Shown one piece after another: positions 1-5,419 of a stretch of DNA of 5,419 nt. The translations under genes and the position numbers were made by a program. The stretch comes from Octopus sinensis (lineage: Eukaryota), in NCBI RefSeq assembly GCF_006345805.1, contig NW_021830051.1, forward strand, positions 1 to 5,419. The letters run 5' to 3'. Each line of letters begins with the position of its first letter. Positions within the stretch are counted from its first letter, which is position 1. The notes under the pieces were generated by a model. That model saw nothing but the letters and a program-made list of their open reading frames with translations, was not told where the DNA came from and ran no database searches.

Positions 1-4
1 AGAC

Positions 5-62
5 ATATATATATTATATATATATATATAATATGTTGTGTGTGTTGTGTGTGTGTGTGTGT
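5..62. repeat. (TA)n followed by imperfect (TG)n microsatellite
   Basis: Directly visible dinucleotide runs. Confidence 0.95.
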
Positions 63-63
63 T

Positions 64-140
64 AGAGGAAAAAGGACAACAAAACCAAGGCAGGGCAACA
101 ATCAGGACAAGTGCCTTGGTATTGTTGTCCGTTTCCCTCT
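64..140 (-). repeat. Inverted repeat: 29-nt arms (64-92 / 112-140) with a 19-nt spacer; pre-miRNA-like hairpin
   Basis: Manual pairing gives 26/29 Watson-Crick pairs (mismatches at 69/135, 73/131, 83/121). On the minus strand 69/135 becomes G-U, giving 27/29. The inverted repeat itself is certain; any miRNA function is unproven. Confidence 0.85.
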
Positions 141-150
141 TATTATACCT

Positions 151-380
151 ATTTCTTTATTACCCACAAGGGCCTAAACATAGAGTGGACAAACAAGGAC
201 AGACAAACGGATTAAGTCGATTACATCGACCCCAGTGAGAAACTGGTACTTAATTTATCGACCCCGAAAGGATGAAAGGCAAAGTCGACCTCGGCGGAAT
301 TTGAACTCAGAACGTAACGGCAGACGAAATACCGCAGAGCATTTCGCCCGCCGTGCTAACGATTCTGCCAGCCCGCCGCC
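151..380 (-). mobile_element. tRNA-derived SINE (octopus type, family 1, copy A), full length
   Basis: Minus strand reads GGCGGCGGGCTGGCAGAATCGTTAGC... with an A box (TGGCAGAATCG, 360-370) and a B box (GAGTTCAAATTCC, 296-308). It has a central GGTCGACTTTGCCTTTCATCCTTTCGGGGTCG domain, a GTCGAT-GTA-ATCGAC hairpin and a 3' end AATAAAGAAAT. It is 151/170 identical to the copy at 2561-2730. Degenerate TSD: TCCCTCTTATTATACC (134-149) / TCCCTCTAATATATTCC (381-397). The octopus assignment is from recall; the exact family name (OK/OR type) is not assigned. Confidence 0.9.
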
Positions 381-480
381 TCCCTCTAATATATTCCTGC
401 TAACTCGGAAGTCTACGGCGGATCGATCAGCTTGGAACTTAACGAATGACCAAGAAACAACACAGGCATTGCATAAAAAA

Positions 481-508
481 TATATATAAATAAATATAAA
501 TAAATAAA
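481..508. repeat. Short (TA)/(TAAA)n AT-rich low-complexity run
   Basis: TATATATAAATAAATATAAATAAATAAA visible. Confidence 0.8.
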
Positions 509-528
509 GGAAAGAAAAAGGTACTTAC

Positions 529-701
529 TGTTAATAGAATCCAAAAGAAGATTTGTCGAAGAGTTATTGCCATTTTGGTTTTTTGTTATGTATCCCGTAA
601 TAATTGCGTTTTTCGATTTATTGACCAATGAAGAAGGTAATGTTTTGCGTCTGTTTTGGATATTCTTTCTCTGGTTCTTTATCCTTTGTGGTTTATAACT
701 T
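529..701 (-). CDS. Candidate internal coding exon (173 nt) of an unidentified minus-strand gene
   Basis: Minus-strand pyrimidine-rich acceptor TTTATTTCTTTTCAAATACTTGTTCGTTTGAG (AG at 703-702) and consensus donor CA|GTAAGT (GT at 528-527). Exactly one frame is open throughout (SYKPQRIKNQRKNIQNRRKTLPSS...LLLDSIN). No recognisable domain. Confidence 0.35.
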
Positions 702-1522
702 CTCAAACGAACAAGTATTTGAAAAGAAATAAATTTTAAATTTGTTTCTTAGAAATTTATCCAGACACTTGTGGGATTTCCAAAATTTTCCAAGAAAAGT
801 TATGTTATATAAATATATATGGAAATGAATAAAATTAAATTATAGAATAGTTTTTTTTTAAAGTTTGTCCGTGTGTATGTATGTTTTTTTAAATATAATA
901 TTTAACTTTGGTTCCTGCGTATAAATTGGTAAAAAATCCTTGTGACTTCAGGTCTTTCCAAACTATATGGAAGATAAATATAAGATTTTTTATCAAGAGT
1001 AAAGTGCAAATTACAAGGAAAAATAATTCTAGAAAAGACGCCTAGTAATTTAGATATCTAAAACCAAAATGTGATTCATCGTTCGCTGGTGCATTTAGGA
1101 GGTAGCAGACGACATGGATTTGACAAACAGTAATAATGACTTTTGTTTGTTTTTTGGTTTTCTTTCAACAAATAAGAACCTGCAAAGCGTGTTACACACC
1201 TAGAAGTTCAACTATGCAAAGCTGAGCTTTGATTAGACTCCACTTAACAAATAAAGAATACGAACAATTTGTCAGTTGTGGGTTTGATCCAATGAAAAAA
1301 AAGCTAACGTGGATGTGGGAGTTGGGACATTGTTGTTGCATTGAATTAGCGTGGTGGGGAGTCGGTGCGAGGAGCAGCGTGAGTGATTGATAGGAAATAC
1401 CTCCGCAAGCCATACTGAAATCTCTCATACAGACATTTTTTTTCTCACCCTCCAACCGCTTTTATTTTCTTAACTATTTCGAAACCCACCCCACCCGTCT
1501 TCCCTCATCTTAATATTCGCCT

Positions 1523-1730
1523 CACATGTGTACACAACATTTACACGTGCACACAACACTAAACAACACGAGTTGATGAGTGTACCTCTAAGTGGTTGCA
1601 CGAGACGTTAGAAATAGCAACCATAAGCACCTCCTTCAAATCACACCCCACTATCGTCTTCAAAAAGGTGGAAGGACACGTTAGATGATCGAGTACTTGA
1701 TACCGCTACTACCAAATATGTAAACATTGG
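1523..1730. promoter_or_regulatory. Cluster of E-box/N-box-like motifs and an inverted CCAAT box upstream of the GC island; candidate promoter/enhancer
   Basis: CACATGTG 1523-1530, CACGTG 1544-1549, CACGAG 1567-1572 and 1599-1604, CACGTT 1677-1682, ATTGG 1726-1730. Short motifs only. Confidence 0.3.
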
Positions 1731-1749
1731 ACACAGCTAGAATGCCATT

Positions 1750-2420
1750 AATCACGGGGTTGATCGATCAGGGTTGACATGGGCCTAAACGGTAACAGCA
1801 ACCGCCAGAGCGTGTGGGAGGGCCATCGATTAGTGATAGACAAAGGATTTAGAAACTTAGGGGCCGTAGCGTAGCTAGCGGGAAGGTGCGAAGCGGGGAG
1901 GTGGTGGTATTGCTTGATCCAGCCCTGCTCCGGGTAGGGCTGGCTCGAGGTACCAACAACTCGGGCAGTCGCTCGGAGTGCCATGTGCTAGGGGCCGCCA
2001 AGGAGTACGCGACAAAGACAAGGAAATTTCCACGACCGTCAGCTTGTTCACGCCGAAGTTCAGCTCGCCCAGGGCTCCAGCAACCCTTGGTCCGGCCCTA
2101 ACTCCGGGTGACGCATTTTACAGGGTAGATACTTTTGAAGGAGTATGCTGTTTAAGCTTGTTTCTATAGGTTTAGGGCCCCGGGGTGTTGGGAGTAAAGG
2201 TGGAGGGCAAAAACAAGGGCTGCACCGGGCTGCATACACTGTAGCTACGCCCTCCACTGCCCTGACTAAGGGGCTTGTTAAGATCTTTGCGGCTTAGGTT
2301 GGGAAAGATCGGAGTTGATAGAAGCTATTAACATTCACTCCCCCATCCCCACCCCACCATCACCCGTGTGCTAAAAAGTAGAGTAACGTCGACACTCTGC
2401 GTATCCACCCTCCATTTTTC
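1750..2420 (+). ncRNA. Candidate structured non-coding RNA (or structured non-autonomous element), family unidentified
   Basis: GC is 395/720 (55%) over 1741-2460 versus roughly 25% at 721-1140. At least eight consecutive hairpins were verified by hand, with wobble pairs G-U on the plus strand. No convincing ORF. Boundaries are approximate. Confidence 0.4.
2340..2365 (-). other. Canonical G-quadruplex motif (minus strand) / i-motif (plus strand)
   Basis: Minus strand GGG-TGATGGT-GGGG-T-GGGG-AT-GGGGG fits G3+N1-7 four times. Confidence 0.55.
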
Positions 2421-2560
2421 CACCCACGGGGGGGGGAGAGGAGGGGCGATGAAATTCAAGATCAATTCCTAATAAGGAATTGCAGGAATTGGCAGAGTTT
2501 AGAGACCTTGCAGTTGTTTTTCCCGGCCCCCTTTTGCGCATTGACATTGTTTGGATGAAG

Positions 2561-2773
2561 GGCGGCGAGCTGGCAGAATCGTTAGCACGCTGGCCCAAAT
2601 GCTTAGCAGTATTTCGCCCGTCGCTACGTTCCGAGTTCAAATTCCGCCGAGGTCAACTTTGCCTTTCATCCTTTCGGGGTCGATTAAATAAGTACCAGTT
2701 ACGCACTGGGGTCGATGTAATCGACTTAACTCCTTTCCCTACAAATTCGAGGCCTTGTGCTTCCAGTGGAAAG
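2561..2773 (+). mobile_element. tRNA-derived SINE (family 1, copy B), full length, with target-site duplication
   Basis: A box TGGCAGAATCG 2571-2581 and B box GAGTTCAAATTCC 2633-2645; same head and core as copy A. TSD GACATTGTTTGGatGaaG (2543-2560) / GACATTGTTTGGgtGgtG (2774-2791): 12/12 core, 15/18 overall. Confidence 0.92.
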
Positions 2774-3065
2774 GACATTGTTTGGGTGGTGTCTTTAGCC
2801 CGTCCCTCGGTTTAGCATCAACCTTTGGGCTTTGGGCGCCTTTAGTGTATAATGCTGTGTCCGCAGGGACCAGTGTTAAAATTCTCTATGCAAATGGAAT
2901 AAAAAAATAAAGCAAATAAAAAAAAACACATTGCCAAACATTAAAAAGAAAAAAAAATCCTGTTCCAAAATTGCGTTGTTGATTCTGTTGAAAGAATTCA
3001 GAGCCAAATTTCTGGTTTAAGGATAGCTTTCACCCTTCCTTCGATCGATCCCAGAAATCTGTCAG

Positions 3066-3224
3066 CAAAAAACAACAACAAAAAACAAAACAAAAGCAAA
3101 ACAAAACAAAAGCAAAAACAAAACAAAAAACAACAAAAACTTAAGAAGCAAAAAATAAAACAGCAAAAATGCAAAATGAAATAAAACAAAAGATAAATCA
3201 CCTCACAAAAAATAAAAAAAAAAA
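3066..3224. repeat. A-rich low-complexity (CAAAA)n-like tract
   Basis: Directly visible; a long T-rich tract on the minus strand. Confidence 0.9.
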
Positions 3225-3311
3225 TGCCCAAACACCTGCCTCGTTTTTTGTTTTGCTTCGCTTTATTAAGCGGAAAAATTATAAATGGAAATACAACGTA
3301 GAAAGACACGA

Positions 3312-3399
3312 ACACACACACGTGCGCACACACGCACCAAACGAAATAATGCACACACAAACACACTTATATACAGAAGCACACACACACACACACACA
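3312..3399. repeat. Imperfect (CA)n microsatellite
   Basis: Directly visible. Confidence 0.9.
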
Positions 3400-3502
3400 T
3401 TGAAGAGGCGTGAAATATATGAAGGGGGAAGAGGAAGATGGAAAGAAAGCTCTGAGATGGAGAGACATGAAAGGAAATACGGAGATCGAAGTAGATAGGT
3501 AA

Positions 3503-4131
<629 letters not shown>

Positions 4132-4132
4132 T

Positions 4133-4234
4133 TACTCTTTTATGCTTTTACTTGTTTCAGTCATTTGACTGAGGCCATGCTGGAGCACTGCCTTTAGTCG
4201 AGCAAATCGACCCCCAGGACTTATTCTTTGTAAG
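4133..4234 (-). mobile_element. 3' fragment of a second octopus-type SINE family (family 2, copy 1)
   Basis: TACTCTTT...CTTGTTTCAGTCATTTGACTGAGGCCATGCTGGAGCACTGCCTTTAGTCGAGCAAATCGACCCCCAGGACTTATTCTTTGTAAG, homologous to 4788-5002 and 5161-5235. Orientation and SINE identity come from recall of the abundant octopus repeat ending ...CAGTCAAATGACTGAAACAAGTAAAAGAGTA. Confidence 0.8.
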
Positions 4235-4251
4235 GGTTTTTTTTTTCATAG

Positions 4252-4287
4252 CATCGAAGTAGATCTTTCTTTAGCTGTAGAATTCAA
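4252..4287 (+). CDS. Candidate 36-nt micro-exon
   Basis: Acceptor T-run+CATAG (AG 4250-4251) and donor CAA|GTAAGA (GT 4288-4289). Length is divisible by 3 and two frames are open (HRSRSFFSCRIQ; xIEVDLSLAVEFx). Confidence 0.3.
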
Positions 4288-4787
4288 GTAAGATAGCTCA
4301 CTGGTGCTTTAGTGCTATTTCCGTCGGTGGTGGTGTTGTTAGTTCCAATTTAGGAAACATAAAATTCACTAAAACTGTATAAACAGACATATATAGAAAT
4401 AAAACAGCCAAAAACTAATACTTCATGTATTAAATGTTTCTTTTATTTCAATAGTTTGGACTCCTTTTGTTTAATTCTTTGTTGAGTATACAGTAAATGT
4501 TTCTTAGCAGCAAAGTGTTACATCGACCAGGCATAAACCAACTGGTCATGCACTAGTAAATACATAAACAAATGTGTATTTGCATGTACTGGGTTATGTC
4601 TGTGTCTGCTCGCATGCGGGCGCGTCTTTGTGGGTTTTCATGGACAAGAGTTTCCCGAGCAAAACGACCATTGTTCGGGAGTTGAACAAAACCGTTCCGG
4701 GACTATATTTTGAATTAAAGTAATATTGTAACCGAAAGAAAGAAATTTATCCATGAATTTGGAGACAGCGTTTGTAAGTCATCTCCG

Positions 4788-5002
4788 TCTTTTATTTGTT
4801 TCGGGCATTGGATTGCGGCCCTGCTGGACAGCACACCATTCTGAACTGTTTAGTCGGAAATCGACTTCAGGTTTGCTTTTTTTAAAAAAAAAACCCTGGT
4901 GCTTATCTCTATCGGTTTGTTTTGACAAACCATTGAGTTACACGGACCTAAACAACCAACACCGGCTGTTAAGCACGGTGAGTAGGGAAACACACACATA
5001 GA
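4788..5002 (-). mobile_element. Older, diverged 3' half of family-2 SINE (copy 2)
   Basis: TCTTTTATTTGTTTCGGGCATTGGATTGCGGCCCTGCTGGACAGCAC...TTTAGTCGGAAATCGACTTCAGG aligns to copies 1 and 3. It continues ...CTATCGGTTTGTTTTGACAAACC...GTTACACGGACCTAAACAACCAACACCGGCTGTTAAGC into the CA/TA microsatellite that I recall lying inside this family. Confidence 0.7.
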
Positions 5003-5007
5003 CATGC

Positions 5008-5017
5008 ATATATATAT

Positions 5018-5061
<44 letters not shown>

Positions 5062-5156
5062 CATATATATATATATAATATGTATTGTATGTATGTATGT
5101 ATGTATGTATGTATGTATGTATGTATATGTATAATATATGTGTGTGTGTGTGTGAG
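5008..5156. repeat. Compound microsatellite (TA)n-(TATG)n-(TG)n
   Basis: Directly visible. Confidence 0.95.
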
Positions 5157-5160
5157 TGCG

Positions 5161-5235
5161 TGTTTCAGTCATTTGACTGCGGCCATGTTGGAGCACCACC
5201 TTTAGTCGAACAAATCGATCCCAGACTTATTCTTT
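5161..5235 (-). mobile_element. 3' fragment of family-2 SINE (copy 3)
   Basis: TGTTTCAGTCATTTGACTGCGGCCATGTTGGAGCACCACCTTTAGTCGAACAAATCGATCCCAGACTTATTCTTT, near-identical to 4153-4229. Confidence 0.8.
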
Positions 5236-5419
5236 ATTACACAGACCAATGTATTCAACAGTGCTACGCAATCATTAAATTTGAAACTGCAAGTCATTGT
5301 CTTTCATTTCCCTCTTTCATTCATTCACCGTTGCTGGTTTTAAGCTGTTACCTTATCTTTGAGACCCCCCATAAAACAGAAGCCCATTGGCATGAGGTCT
5401 GGAGATTTCAGCCCTACCT

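Noticed and set aside
1571-1626. Hammerhead-like TTGATGA-G[stem]C-GAGAC
   Set aside because: The catalytic core deviates (UUGAUGA, GAGA instead of CUGAUGA, GAAA), and stems I and III with an NUH site cannot be formed.
1760-1777. 7SK-like TTGATCG..CAGGGTTGA, resembling the human 7SK 5' hairpin apex as I recall it; also GGATGTG at 1311-1317
   Set aside because: No flanking GAUC/GAUC helix with U bulges in the right context, no matching CACATCC downstream, and no terminal M8 hairpin plus U tail.
2022-2031. Perfect palindrome GGAAATTTCC (NF-kB-like site)
   Set aside because: A single 10-mer with no supporting cluster; not distinguishable from chance.
1960-2048. Short resemblances to human RNase MRP RNA (CTCGGGCAG...GAGTGCCA, CCGCCAAG, CCGTCAGCT)
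   Set aside because: The essential P4 elements (GGAAAGUCCCCG and its CGGGGCU partner) and the GARAR loop are missing or out of order.
2080-2220. Telomerase RNA (CCCTAAC at 2096-2102, pseudoknot-like U/A-rich pairing, ACA at 2331-2333)
   Set aside because: The longest TTAGGG-template match on either strand is 7 nt and is buried in stem S3. No template lies upstream of the putative pseudoknot, and there is no clear H box, CAB box or P6.1.
1748-2257. ORFs within the island (1748-1984 minus, 1886-2101, 1978-2169, 2060-2257 minus)
   Set aside because: They are short (63-78 aa), overlap on both strands as expected in GC-rich DNA, start at non-ATG codons and carry no recognisable domain. A frameshifted viral or transposon remnant cannot be excluded without tblastx.
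2196-2275. Twister-like fragments (AAAGGTGGAGGG, CCACTGCC)
   Set aside because: No UAA cleavage loop and no P4/UCCCAAGC loop; the two segments simply form a perfect hairpin. HDV-like and pistol topologies were also tried without a fit.
2463-2491. Hairpin CAATTCCT-AATA-AGGAATTG with a tandem second AGGAATTG
   Set aside because: Most simply a local micro-duplication or inversion; no matching partner end or TSD to make it a transposon terminus.
2561-2650. tRNA gene (A and B boxes present)
   Set aside because: The A-B spacing is too long, no cloverleaf forms, and the sequence continues into a SINE core and tail bounded by a TSD.
235-2815. Mutually similar ORFs 235-489, 2371-2640 and 2480-2815
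   Set aside because: The similarity (e.g. NSER..RNTA.H...RANDSAS) is just translation of the two SINE copies.
2998-3066. Strong-looking minus-strand acceptor (T-rich tract + CTGACAG, AG at 3060-3059)
   Set aside because: All three frames stop within ~60 nt and no good donor follows. It could only be a non-coding exon, which cannot be supported from sequence alone.

Overview
This is eukaryotic, AT-rich, repeat-dense non-coding DNA. It is most likely from an octopus (cephalopod) genome, judged from recall of its SINE families rather than from a database search. No complete protein-coding gene can be supported, and nearly all ORFs in the track come from microsatellites or SINEs. Supported content: two copies of a tRNA-derived SINE in inverted orientation (151-380 minus, 2561-2773 plus; 151/170 nt identical, different 3' tails, each with a target-site duplication); three minus-strand 3' fragments of a second SINE family; and several microsatellites, including a ~630-bp (TCTA)n array. 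The repeats do not explain a ~55% GC island at ~1750-2420. It is almost completely tiled by hairpins whose wobble pairs are G-U on the plus strand, which suggests an unannotated structured RNA or a structured non-autonomous element. I could not match it to telomerase RNA, 7SK, RNase P/MRP or known ribozymes. Also noted: a 29-bp-stem pre-miRNA-like hairpin (64-140), a candidate minus-strand coding exon (529-701) and a candidate 36-nt plus-strand micro-exon (4252-4287).
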